64,000 bases of DNA from Monocercomonoides exilis PA203 (taxonomy: Eukaryota; Protista; Preaxostyla), in NCBI GenBank assembly GCA_001643675.2, contig LSRY02000006.1, forward strand, positions 496,001 through 560,000, read 5' to 3'. Below the pieces are notes generated by a model, which made no database searches, had not been told where the DNA came from, and worked only from the letters and a program-made list of their open reading frames with translations. The position numbers and the translations under genes were made by a program. Of this stretch, positions 11,675-25,045 are shown one piece after another. Positions within the stretch are counted from its first letter, which is position 1. The number at the start of each line of letters is the position of its first letter.

Positions 11675-14600
11675 ATGAGTTGCTTGGCTTTCATAATTTG
11701 TCTTCTATGCTTTTCAATGGACGCAGCAAATAATGAAGCAGACAAGAAAGAAGGATCAAATGAATTAGAAAAAGGGATATTCCAAAATATCTTAACTCCA
11801 AATGAAATTCAAAGCAGAAATGTTTTTGAAAAAAATGCAATTGAAAAGAGATTAAGAACTGATGGTATCCAAAAGGAAGACTTTGATGAAGGAAATTACA
11901 AAAACGAAACAAAGCATGACGTGGAAAACAAGAAAAGAAGAAAGCCACTGGGATATGTTGAAAGCACACAAAAACGTTGGAGATCAAACAACGGTGTTGA
12001 AGAAAGTTGGATTGAAGGATGCCTGAAAATGATGAATTCTTCAGTTCTGTGTGTTGATGTGACAATCATGGATAGAACAAACAACTGTGTTATTGAAGCA
12101 GAAAAGAAGAGTTGTGTGGAAATGAGAGGATGCATTTTATCCTTTGGTGAAGAAAACTCACCTTTGAAATTGACAGGGTGTTGTGCGATTTTGGTGAATG
12201 TTTCCCTCACATCAACAATTCAACATCTTCATTCAATTCCTCCTCTTTTTGCTTCAGAACAGCCAGAAAAACAATTTGAACATTTCGGAAGCATTTCAGT
12301 GTGCTCTTCAAGTTTTTCATCCTTTTTGGTCTCAAGACCTCCATTTCTCTCATCTGCATTTGTTGGGAGCATTTCACTTTCCAATTTGAATTTTTTCAAT
12401 ATCTCAACAATTCCTGCAAAAGCAGAATCTCATTCAACTTGCCAATGTGGAAAAACAACTTTGATGAATTCTTGTTCATTTCATTCAGTCTGTGATGTGT
12501 TTGATGGAGGGATTGTGCCTTCACTCAACAACCCTTTGAATTCTTTGACTGCTTCAAATACCTCATTTGTTGGATGCTGTCGGACAAGAAATGTTGAGTT
12601 CATAGGAAGTGAAGAAGAAAAGAAATATCCAGGGAGACAGAACGAAACAGACGATGGACAGAACACATTCATTTGGTGTGAGTGGAACGGATCAAAGACG
12701 ACCGGAACTTTGTCTTCAACAACAGATGGGATGTCTGGTGGAGGTGCAATTTGGATGTATAATTTGGAAAATGGAACTCTTAATGTATCTTTCTGTTCAT
12801 TCAACAATTGTTATGCTCACTTTGGTGGTGGAGGAATTATGTGCAATTTGATCAAATCAGTCACAACAGAGAATAACTTATTCAATTCATGCGCTGCAGA
12901 AAACAGTTATGGAGGAGGAATAGTTACTCGGAACATTTCTTTATGCGTTCGGATAAACAAATGTGAATTCAAAAATTGTGTTGGAGAATACAATGGAGGT
13001 GGTCTTTTTCTTTATAATATTGGATTTTCAGAAATTGAAAGCATTGAAACAGAAAACGATAGAGAAGGGGATTATCTTGTATTTGAATGTGATTTCATAT
13101 CATGCTCAGTTTCTAACAACAATGGAGGAGGAATGTGTTGTTTCAATCTCGATCCTCTGTTTAAAATGAGCAATATTAGGTTCATTGAATGCTCTGCAGT
13201 TTCAGGAGGAGGCGCATTGCATTTCAGACCAGAAAGAATGAGTGGACCAATTGATGGTATTTATTGTTGTTTTCTGTTCTTCCACAAATGCAGATGCACA
13301 AACTCTATTCCGTATGGACATGACATTCAACACATTGATGCTTTCAATGTTTTCTTGAAATCTGGAAATCCGTTCCATGAATGTTACACAACAAATGCAG
13401 ATGATCAGAGAGTGGTATATATGTATAGTTCATCAGGAGCTTTTATTAGTCAGCTCACAGAAAAGAAGGAATGGCTGAAGGACGGAGTGATGGATATATT
13501 TGTTGGAGTGACCGGGGACAACACAAATAAATGGTGCGGAATGAGTGATGAAAATCCATGCAAAACAATAGGCTTTGCAGTGGAAAATCATACACAGGGA
13601 TTTATCTCAAAGATAATTTTGATGGAAGGGAATCACACAAGCGAAACAACAACAATTGAAATTGGAACAAAGAAGATATCTGTAATTGGGAAAGGAAGAG
13701 AGATGAGTGCTATTGGAACAGGAGAACTTTCATTAGCAAGAGCGCTGTTCAGAGTGACAACAGGTCATTTAGGTTTAATGCACTTGGGAATCGATCACAA
13801 TTCATCAGCGGGTTCTTCACCGAGTGTGGTTGTGGTGACTGGTGGGAGTGGGTCACTTTCATTAAAGAATGTTTTGATCACCACGAGTATTTCTTCAGTG
13901 AACGCGATATCATCGTCTGTGTTTGTGGTTCCTCTCTCACAGTTGTCGATGGTTGATGTGGAAATCAAAGAAATAAATATTTCTCAATCATTGTTCTCAG
14001 AACCTGTTTTATCTTCTTCTTCATCCTCTTCCTCTGCATTGCTGTTGACAACCGCCACATCAAAAGAGAGCTCATTGGCAAATATCACGGTGAAGAATGT
14101 GAAGCTGGAAAGTGGAGACGGGGTAGTGGTGGCAAAATCAGTTGTTGAAGAGGAAACGTTTGTGGTGTGGAACTCCACATTTGAAGATTGTGAGTGCGAG
14201 AGAGGCAGCGGTGGTGGTCTCAAAATCAAACTGGAATCAGCAACAAGCAAGCTTCAAATGGGAGAAACAGCATCATACAGTGGAGGAACAACTGCATTCT
14301 CTCAATGCAGTTGCAGTGAGTTTGGAGGAGGAGTGATGCTGTGGCTGGAAGAAAACTCATTTGACTTTGAGATAACAACAGTGAGTTTTGTTGGTTGCGG
14401 TGCGACATTAGGAGGGAAAGATGAGTTTGTGAATGGGAGCAAGATGGTGAGTGGGACGATAACAACCACAAAGCTGAATTTTTCACGAAATGTTTCAATT
14501 TATGATGAGCTGATGGGATATGACCGGAATGAGGGAGGGATGGGAACATTCCCATTGAATGTGTTTTTTGATGAATTTTTAGGAGCAGCACATGTTGGGA

Positions 14601-17600
14601 AAGATGTGAATTGATGTGGAGGATTTGACTCGTGGTTTTGTGGGTTTGGGTATTTTCCATGCAGAACAATCGCTCATGCAGCTGAAACACGATTTGCAAA
14701 GGGAAATAAGAAAATTGTGTTGGATGATTGTTTTGAGTTGGCAGAAGTTGTCTCTATGGCAGGGTCATATGAATGGGAAGTGTTTTGTAGTATTAACAAA
14801 ACGAAGGTGAATGCAAGGGTTCCGAGTGAAATGACATCTTCGTGTTTGATAAATGTTGGGAGTGTCAGTTCAATCAAGAACATAGCCTTCCAAATTCCAT
14901 TTTCGTTATCGAGTGCAACATCGCTCATTGGTTTGACCAGCTCATCACTCACACTCACAGACTGTTCAGTTGCTCATTTGTCAGAAAGCACATCGAGTGT
15001 GGCCTTTGGATACAGCATTGTGAATGCACAGAGTGGGAATCTGAAAATGGAACGATTTGTGGTTGAAGAAGGTCTGACATTCGATGATCATTCAGCCATT
15101 GAATTTTGTGAAGGGATGACGAGTGTGATTTGTTCAGGATGCAATATCAGTGGAGTTGTGAAAAATTGTGGAGATGGAGGATGGATGAAAGGAACAGTTG
15201 GAGGGAGTGGAACGTTGACTGTTGATGGATGCAATGTGAATGGGAGCAGTTGTGCTGGTGGAAAAGGAGGAGGAATATATGTTGGATTGAAGGGAAGTGG
15301 GAAAGTGGTTGTGAGTGGAACGAGTGTGATTGATGGGAATAAGGCAGAGAATAATGGAGGGAATGGAAGGAGAGGAGGGAGAGGAGGTGGGATGTTCGTA
15401 TTGATGGAGAGTGAGGGATGTGGATTGACAATTGGGCAGAATGTTGAGTTTTCGAAAGTGAATGGGAATGTGGCAGAATATGGGAAGGATGTGTTTGTTG
15501 ATTGAGGGAGCGGTGTGTTGTTGGAGTCAAAAGTGAATGCCAGCTCATTTTCGTTTTTTGATACAAGCACCATTCCATCAGATGTGTTGAAACTGAGTGG
15601 GAGTGAGAATGGGGATGAAAGCGGAGTGATTCCGCTGTTTGTGTATTTGTGCACAATGGGGACAAAAGTGATTGTTGATGGGAGTGGAGGAAATGGGATG
15701 GATCACAACCATTGTGGGTTTGAAGGATTTTGGTGTTTGACAGTTGATTATTGTGCGAACTCAAGATTGAGCAGCACTGTAAATGAAATAGAAATTGTCT
15801 CATCTTCGTCAATAAAGGATGAAATTGAATTTTCTTTATTTGGTGTGAGTATTTCAGGCAGAATAGTGTCATCCGATGAAGAGAGGATGCAAGTTAATGT
15901 GAGTGATGGAGGATCAGCCACACAAGATTGGCTTGTTGGATGTTCGAGTTCACTGACAATGAGGAGACTTTCATTTGTTGTGAAAGGTCAGATGAATTCG
16001 AGGAGAAGTGCATTCATTCACTCAACATCAACACTCGAAATGACAAACTGTTCAGTCTCATTTGAAAGTGGGGCATTGACCAATGGAAAGATCGGATACA
16101 GCATCATTGACATGGCAGGAGGGAATCTGATTGTTGATGGATTTGTGATGGAAAGTGGAGTGACAATGAATGAGAAATCACCAATAACGATGATTGATGG
16201 AATGAAATTGGAGATTTTGAATAGCAGAGTGAGTGGTGTGGAGGTGATAGGAAAAGATGGGGGATGTTTGAATGTTGGGATGAAAGAAGGAGGAAGTGTG
16301 AAAATTGAAGAAATCAATTTGTAATCGATTTGCTCAGGTGGAAGCGAGATGAAAGGAGGAGGGATGATGATATCAATTGGAAGTGGAGGAAGTTTTGAAA
16401 TGAATAGTGTGAATTTTTCGGGATGTGAAGTGCCATCAGAGGATAGCGAAGAGGGAGGGAGAGGAATGGGGGGAGGGATGTTTGTGAAGCTGCCAGATGA
16501 GATGGGATCATTTTCATTGGAAGGAATGACATTTGAGGGATGCAATGCCTGGAAAGGGAAGAATTTGTTTGTTTCAGGTTGGGACCTGAGCAAGATTGTG
16601 AACAAGGAGCATTTCAAATGGGAGATGAGTGAAAGGGAGTTGGGATCATTGGATGAGCTGTGTGGATGGGAGAGGAAGACAACAGGAGAGGAGGGATATG
16701 TGATTCCATTGGTTGTGTATTTGTGGAGTAATTGGAGTGGGAATGGGTTTGTTTCGAAAGATGGAGGAGGAGACTTCAGTGGATGTGGATATTCCGAAGC
16801 TCCATGTTCATCTATTGACCACTTGAAAACACTTCGATATGAACCACTTGATGAAGGGGAATCCCACATCAGCATCGTGGATTCTGGGTTGCTGAGACAT
16901 TCCATATCATTTTCTTCATTTTCATCATCATCTCCACCAGCTTCACAAGATTCAGAGGCACAAAAAGTGGTGATTGAAGGAACAATGAAGGGCACAGCAG
17001 TAATGACAAGCAATGATGAAGATGAGAATGATGCAAATGGCATTGCATTAATATCATCTTGTGTGAGTTTGACATTGGAAAATTTGTCATTCTCAAATCC
17101 AAATCCAAACAGCCATCATGAGACATTGATCGAATCATCAGGAGCAAACATCTGTTTGTCAGTCGTGGATTGCTCGTTTGTCTCATTGAATGGAATGGCA
17201 GATGCAGGGTTTTGTGTGATGAAAGTGAATGGAGGGAGAGTTGTCGTTCAAGGATGTTCGTTGGATGCAGCTGGTGAGTTGAGAGGGTTCATCGCTTTCA
17301 GTGCAACAGCAACAAGGGAGGCGATTGTGGAGGATGTGAACATCTCGAATGCTGGGGTGAAAGAGAGAAGTCTGATATCGATGTTTGAGGATGAGCAGAC
17401 GAATGTGATGAATGCCAAAAGAGAGACAAACAGGGGAGAAAACAGGCATTCAAACAACGAAAAAGTGGTGATAAAAGTGAATGTGTCTTCGTTCACAAAC
17501 ATCACAAATGGAGAAAACAGAGCAGGGGTGTTGAGTGTGGATTCATTTGCGAGGGTGGTGGAGTGTGTGTTGGAGGGGTGTTCGGTTTCTTGTTGCAGGA

Positions 17601-20600
17601 GTGAAATGAGCGAGGAAGGAGGAGGGATGAAAGTGTGTCTGAAGAGAGGAGAATCAGAAGTGAGAGTTGTTGGATGCTCGTTGGGGATGTGTTCGTGCTC
17701 GGGGGTGAAGGGAAGAGGAGGAGGGATCATGATTGATGCACTTGACCCGAACGAGGGTGGAACCAGTGGATTTGGGCCTGTTGGGATAAGGATGGAGAAT
17801 GTGAGGTTTTGGGGGAACGAGGCATTTGTGGGGAAGGATGTGTTCATCAGATGCGAGTCGATTGCCAAACAGATCAACGAGACATTGTTTGTGCTGGATC
17901 TCAGCCAGGATGCTCTGAAATCCACCAACTCCATCTGTGGGTCTGACAAGGAAAGGGATGATGTTGATCTGATCCCTCTGATCACATTCTATTATGGCCA
18001 GCAGGTGTTTGTCTCTTTGAGTGGAAGAGATGACAGACAATGTGGGGCACAGAACAATCCTTGCCTGAGCATTGGCAGCGCTGTGAAACACATTCAAAGA
18101 GGCATTGTAAATATGCTTCTGATTGATGGAGAAGGGGTGATTGGGGGAGAGTGTGTGATTGGGGACATGAATGTGAAGAGTCTGAAGAAGACTCGATCGA
18201 CAATCCATCTTGAAGGAAAGATGGAGGCTGTGGGGGATGAAGGGAGTGTGGTTGTGTTTGTGAATGAGAGTGCTGTGGAGAAATGTGAATTCTTGTTTGG
18301 GTTGAGCTTTGAATCAGAGCATTCATGCATTGTGAAAGTGAAGAATGGAACATTGGGGGTGGGTGAGTGTTGGTGGAAGAGTGTTGGAATGATGATGCTT
18401 TTGAACAGCACAATTGTGGAAGTGGAGGGTGGAGAGCTGGAGATGATGAAATGTGTTGTCAGCTGTGTTTCCACTTCACGAGAGATATTGTCAGTCTGTG
18501 AAGGGGGCAAGGCTACGATATTTCAGCTGAGGATGAATGATATCAAGAGCGAGGATGGAGGGATTGTTGATGTGAAGAAAGCAAGGATGGAGGCGAAGGA
18601 GATGTCGATGAGCAACATCACCAGACAGAACAGAGGGAGCATTGTGAAGATCGTTGATTGTGCAGAAAGAGTGGATTTGATGAATTGCTCGATGAGGATG
18701 TGTTTGGGAAAAGAAGAGAGAGGATGGATGGTGAGTGTGTGCAAGTGTGAGTGTGTGAATGTTGACTGTTGTGAGTTTGATGGAGAAGAGGGAGAGAATG
18801 AAGAAAGAACAAGAAATGAGCAGAATGAAGGAGAAAAAAGAGAGGAGATATGCAAATGGAATGGGTCAATGGTTGAATTTGAGAAGAGTGAAGTGGAGAT
18901 GAAAGTCACTTCGATGAGAAACAGCAAGAAAGGGGGATTGTCAGTGAGTGGAGGGAATGTGGTGTTTGAGAAAGGAGAGTTTGCGAACAACAACCCATCC
19001 ATTGAAAAATATCCCTCAGCTCGGAGAAACATATTGTGTTCGGATTCTGCTCAGCTGAATATCATGAGCTTGAAGGGAGGAGATGGACAAGAGAAGAACA
19101 CCTCCCTTTGGATTCTGAATGATGGATGCAGTTTGATGGGGATTGTTGAGGAGCGAGCATCGCCATTGTTCATCCCCACACTGCGAAGGGTGGAGACAGA
19201 GGAGAAGGAAGGGGTGGTGGATGTTGTGTTCCGGGGCACACTTCTTCTGCCATGCAACCTGTCGTTTCGCGTTGTTTCGTCGGTGGGGGATGTGGAGCAG
19301 ATGGAGACACACGAGATAAGCGAGTCTGGGTTTGTGAGTGAAGAGGAAGTGCATGGAACTGCTGGGTTGGAGATGGTGAGGGGAGCAGAGGCGAGTGCAG
19401 AAGTGAGGGTGTGCATCTTGTTTGGGGATGGCCATTCTCCCTCGGCAACTGAGTCATTCATCCTGAAGAACAGGAGCGAGACTGATCCAAAGGGAGATGA
19501 AAGGATTGCCGAAGGAGGAAAAGAAGGGAAATCGATCTGGCCAATCATTGTTGTTATATTGGCTGTGATGTTTCTAATTGTTCTTATTGTTTCGATTGCA
19601 TTGGCGGTCAGATGGAGAAAGGTTAAAAATGAAGCAGAAGATCTGAGAGAGATTGTGAATGATAACATCAGAAAAGATCCGAAGGCGTTTGAGATGGTGA
19701 CGATGGAGATGTCGACTGAGGAGCAGTGGAGGAGAGCTGAGAGGGAGGCAGAGAAGAAGAATGATGAAAAAATAAAGAAGAGAGTGTATGGGAAGCAGAT
19801 GCAGCATTCGGAATCATCAGAGCATCTTCTATCTGAGAGTGGATCAACTGAATATATCCTTGGAAGAGATTCAGACAAGATCCCTCAATGGATGCTCGAG
19901 AAGGTTGATGAGAAAGAGGAAGAGGAAGAAGAGATAAGGAAGCGAACTCCTTCACCATCGATTTCATCCATTTCAACAGCTGATTCTGATTCCACATTTG
20001 TTCAGAGAGAGGATCTTTGCCCAACCACCTCATCCATTTCGAATCTGGTGGATGCAATGGCCTGCTCTTCACCTCATGAAAAACTGATTGTGGACTTGAG
20101 GGATTCATTGTTCATGCTTTTGCATGGAAGGAATAAGACAAAAGAGATGGCGATTGGGAGTTTGAAAGAAAGAGAGCAAACTGCTGCTCAGATCCTGTTC
20201 TGGGTGGCAAATGGAGCTCTTCATTCATTTGACGAGATGGAAAACAAGCTTCAGTCATTATCCAATTTGAGCCCGCACATTGTATTGTTCTCGGAGCATA
20301 TGGTCATCTGCATTGTGATGCATTCGGACTTATTATCCGATGATGATTCTGATTCGTCTTCCATCTCCTCATCAACTGTTGTGACTTCTGCAACTGATGA
20401 TGATGAGGATGATGGTGACTCTCTGCCCTCGTCTGCCTTTGAGGATGAAGATTATTTCAAAAAAGAGTGCCTGAGGTGGAAGGCGCCTGAGCTGCTGATC
20501 AACAAGAAGATGGGTGCAACAAAGGAGTCAGTGTCATTCTCGATTGGGATGATGCTGTGGGAGTGCTTGACTCTTCAAATCCCGTTTGGTGATTATGAGG

Positions 20601-20854
20601 CAGGGGTGGCGGGACAGAAGATTGTGAATGGGGAGAGACCTAATATTTTGATTATGGAAGGAAATGATTTGAGTGGAATTGTTTCAGCATATCTTAGAAC
20701 AAATCAATTGGAGCGGACTTCGTTAGAAACAATAAAGAGAGAGCTAATTGGATAATTTCCGAAACAGGCTGCAGTGATAACTTTGACAGATGCAATGATG
20801 TTGGAAAAAAAGAGCAACAATTTGTCAAAAGTGACTGACGATAATCAAATTTGA
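11675..20854 (+). pseudogene. Giant single-pass receptor-pseudokinase (signal peptide, 5 CG-x(5-6)-C beta-helix-like modules, TM, degenerate kinase), interrupted by 4 in-frame stops
   Basis: ORFs 11618-14614, 14717-15505, 15515-16324 and 16349-20755 are all in one frame. Stops: TGA 14612, TGA 15503, TAA 16322, TAA 20753. Coding continues across each stop (e.g. FPKQAAVITLTDA vs paralog FPAGATMLTITDA) to TGA 20852-20854. Signal-like MSCLAFIICLLCFS starts at 11675; TM at ~19535-19610. Confidence 0.8.
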
Positions 20855-21879
20855 AAAGAATAGTGAAAATGAAATCGAAAATGAAATAATGAAAAAGGTG
20901 ATTGTTTCTTAAACATATTTTTTGAAGAAAAAAAAAAATTCAGGCACATCAATGAAGGAAAAACAATGAAAATGTGAAAGAAAGAAGATTAATAGCAAAT
21001 TGGAAGTTGAAAAGATTGACACACATTGAAAAGATTCATGACTTACTCAAAGAGCAAGTGAATGATTTGTTTTCTGAGAATAGAAATATGAAGAAAATAA
21101 CCAAAAAGAGAAGATGTTGAGAATTGAGTTATCATATGGTTTGAGATTGTTATGCCAATTAAATGAAGAATGCGTATGAAAAAATTTTAGATTGTTATGC
21201 TATTTGTTAAAAGCAAAGTCTTGCTTAACTTTATTTTTCAAACGCTTATCCATGTATATGTATGTTGGAAGGTTTACGAGCTATATTGAACTGAAAATGA
21301 GATTTTTTTAAATGTACGCCTGAATATGTTTATCGATATATAATATTTATGATTTATCTGAATATATTGCAACATTCAGATTTCTTTTAAACGTTGATAT
21401 TAATACAAACAAAAGTTGTCCAAAAAAAAGAAAAAAGAAAAAAGAAAAACAAACAAATACTCAATTTTAGAAGCGGTTGAATATTCACATTAGCCACTAT
21501 TATTATATAAAACCACAAGGGTAATTCTGAATGAAAAACTGTGATTGAAGATTATTCAAGTTTGATGAAACACAGCATTTCAATATCAATTTTTCACTAG
21601 ATTTGTCAAATAACACCAGAATATTAACGAAAAAATTATTATTGCTGTCATGAACTTTCTTGTATTGATTCAAATCAACAATCAAAATTTCTTTATATTG
21701 TACACAAATTAATAATGGTTAATTCATAATAAAATCTTTCTCTTTTGATGATTTGTTAATTCCATATTTTTCAATCAGAACAAATAATTCTTCATTTTGA
21801 TGAATGAAAACTTATTGTTTTTGAGAAATATATCAATCACCGTATTTAAAGGTTCAAAACCTCTTTCATATTTTTCATC

Positions 21880-22760
21880 ATTACAACATGAAAGTGAGCG
21901 AAAATGAAAGGAAATATTCTCATTCCTTCAGAACAGAAACATCACAAAAGCTAGACAACGTGATACATGAGATTCTTCTTGGGATTTTTCTGGGTTAGAC
22001 ATCAAAATGTTACAAGTTGCACAAAAATGATAAGAAAAACTGGTGCACGTCCAAAACATGATGATGAATGTGCCCTATCTGTGGGAGCTATTCACCATAA
22101 CAACGCGGATGAGACATTGTTTTAGCTTGTCTTGGTTCATTAACTTCGGTCACTGATGTTCTTTTTTGACAAAGTGTTGCCTTTGGACCTTCTGGAGAAT
22201 ATGTGAAAGGAAAGAAAGAAATGCATAAGAAGATTGAGGAGAATGTTCAGAAGGAGAAAGAACTAGCTTCTGCAGCCGAAGAAGAGGATGCTAAAGGAAG
22301 AAAATGATCTGAAAATGAGTGTGAAGTCTGTGGAAGAAGAAGAAGAAGAAGAAGAAGAAGAAATCGAAGAAGATAGAGAAAAGTTATGAGATGTTGTCTG
22401 AATCTGGATCAGAGACTGAGACAGAAAAGGAGAAAAAGAAAGAGAAAGAGAAAGAAAAAAAGAGAGAGAAAGAGAGAGAGATAGATTTTGATGAGATTAT
22501 TATAATAAATGAAAATTATAAAAGCTTGACTAACAGTGAGATGAGAACCAAGAACAGAACGAATCAAAATAATGGTGAAGACTTGTTTTTCTCCATTTTC
22601 TCCATTTCCACGTGTTGTGCTTGGTTCATGAAATTCTTTAAGCTCCATCAAATCATTGTCTTCCAGTTTGTCGATTCTCCTTTTGATCCGTATCCATCGT
22701 TGCTCACAGATTATTTATCTTCTCTTGCCTTTAAGGAAAACATTAGTGACAAATGAGGGA
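21880..22760. pseudogene. Decayed coding-like remnant, unidentified
   Basis: Higher-GC, GAA-rich codon-like sequence with frequent stops and frame changes. No recognisable domain. Confidence 0.3.
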
Positions 22761-22774
22761 CAGCTCAAGTTGGT

Positions 22775-22775
<1 letters not shown>

Positions 22776-22839
<64 letters not shown>
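22776..22839 (+). repeat. poly(T) tract (64 nt)
   Basis: Homopolymer seen directly. Confidence 0.95.
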
Positions 22840-22843
22840 CATT

Positions 22844-22940
22844 TCTTCCTCTTCCTCTTCCTCTTCCTCTTCCTCTTCCTCTTCCTCTTCCTCTTCCTCT
22901 TCCTCTTCCTCTTCCTCTTCTTCCCCTTCCCCTTCCCCTT
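22844..22940 (+). repeat. (CTCTTC)n hexamer microsatellite ending in (CCCTTC) units
   Basis: About 12 perfect CTCTTC units seen directly. Confidence 0.9.
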
Positions 22941-23592
22941 CATCCTCATCTTCCTTCTCTCAGATTCATTCAATTTAGCATTCATTCATTTTTCTTTGTC
23001 GTTTCGTTGAAAAAAAATTTCACACATTAAATGATCAAAAAGAATCGACAAAGAGTCCTTTGATGAAGAAAGAAAAGGAGACAATGAACACTTGATGCAT
23101 GCTTCTTCCTTATCAGAGTTGGTGTAACTTTGTCTGACGAGTGAGCAGTTGGAAACAAGTGAAAATTGCGATGTGTCATATTCGTTCATTCTGAGTTCAG
23201 TAAGATAGTCAAAAATACAAATTATATCACAACTGCAGATAAACTCATAAACGCCAAATTTGAGGTTGATGCAACAAATTTTGCAAAATAACAAAGAAAA
23301 AAAAGAAAACACAGGTTATCCGAAACAACGATATTTATTCTTAACTCAAATGCTTTAAGCATTTGATTTCAATAAATGGTTGAGTTGCAATTGATCCAGG
23401 AACGTTTATCATTCAAAATGCGGCTTTGTTGAATTTCTTCTTTTCCTTTTTTCAATTAATTTGTTCTATTTCGAAGAAAGAAGAAAATGACTTTCTGGAA
23501 AGTCTTCAAATGGCTATGTTTTTTATTTTGGATTATGAAGTTGGAAAAAAGGAAAATAGAAATTACAGAGCAACAAAATTCAATTCATTTCC

Positions 23593-25045
23593 TCAAGCAT
23601 TCACTAAATAATCTGAAACATCTAATGATAATGGGAAATAATTATATTTTTTCCCATTCAAAAATGGAATGATTTCCACAAAGGTGAAGATGATGCATTC
23701 ATATCCTTCTTCCTCCATCTTTTCAATAATTTTCATTTTTGTTGCATTTCTTTCCACTTCTTCCATTTCATTTTTCTCCTTTCTTTTAATTCTCCTTGAA
23801 ATCGAATGAAAAAACCTTAGGCATTCACATAGTATTAAATCATTCAACGTTGGTCTTTTTATCCCTTCAAAAGCAACATCAACTGCTCCGCCTTTCAGTA
23901 TGTCTTCAATTTTTGCAGATCTGTTATCTGCTGCTCCTCTGAATGAACAAATGCAAAGACTGCAAATCTCCTCATAATTGTCTATTGCCGCAAGAAATAT
24001 CCCTGAAACGCATCCTTCAAGCTCAATATATTCTTCATTCCACAATGAACACGAGGATAAGCAATGTTCTTTTGTGCTCAGCCATTTCGCTATGATAAGC
24101 AATTCTTTCACCACTTTTTCTCCTTTCTCTCCATTTTCCTCAACTTTTCTCTTCCAATTAACAAACTTTGAGAGTTCTTTCAATTCTCTTGTAGCTTCTC
24201 TCGCAAAATGAAGCACATTCACAATCATATCTTCCAAGCTTTCATCATGTTTCAATCTTTTCATCAAAAATTCCCAAGCAGCCTGATTTGCCAGACGAGT
24301 CAAATTTCTATTCACCTGATGATGCAATATGATTTTTGCAATTTTATCGAGATACATGCAGCTTTCAATTTTCTATCAATTTTTGAAAAGCAAATAAATG
24401 CATGCATTGAAATATGAATGCTCACACATTATAGAAATCAATGTTACTCAAAGCCAATAAAGCAATCTCAACATCCTTTTGTGTTTTTTCTTTTTCATCT
24501 TTGTTTGATGCAGCATTAAGGATGCAGCGAACAAAAATTGAAACGAAATCGTTTGAAACGAAACCATTAGAGAGAAACAGATAACATTCACATATGTCAG
24601 CAAGAAGCATTTCGTTTCTGTTTTCTTTCCTCTTCTCTTCGTTAATAATCATCTTCTCAAATCTTTCGATCAATAATGAAACAGAAGGATTAGAAATAAA
24701 CACATCATTCAGCACATTGTGATATCCAATATGCTTCAACAGTAAAAGCTGATTTTCCAAAGACAATTTATCTTCTTCAATCATTTTGAAAATTTGACTG
24801 CATGGATGATGAAGAGTTCAAATCTGTTTTAAAGAAAGAGCTATCCAATCCACAAATTCAATCATTTCTTCTAATTTTTGTTTCTGCTCTTCTTCATCGC
24901 AATTTTCAAGTTCAGAAAATAATTCTTTAAAAGGAAATAAATACAGTTAAAAAAAAATCACAACAAATAAGAATTTATATTTGACAGTTGCTTCAAACCA
25001 GGGAACTTATTTGTACACGGTATTTCCTTTATTGAAGCAAATAAT
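23593..25045 (-). pseudogene. Member of an expanded oxymonad helical-repeat hypothetical protein family (LFSELE...EEM...KMEEEGYE...SDYLVN), disrupted by a 55-bp inversion
   Basis: Introns at 24998-24925 (GTTTGA..AAG) and 24427-24373 (GTGTGA..TAG) join the fragments in frame. Re-inverting 24796-24850 restores an open frame to TGA at 23593. No in-frame ATG was found at the 5' end. The family assignment is from memory of Monocercomonoides proteins. Confidence 0.7.

Noticed and set aside
11675-20854. Genome-wide stop-codon reassignment (TAA/TAG=Gln, or TGA=Trp/Cys/Sec)
   Set aside because: Conserved genes end in TAA or TGA at the expected positions. Poly-Gln tracts use only CAA/CAG. The 12-14 kb ORFs contain no internal stops.
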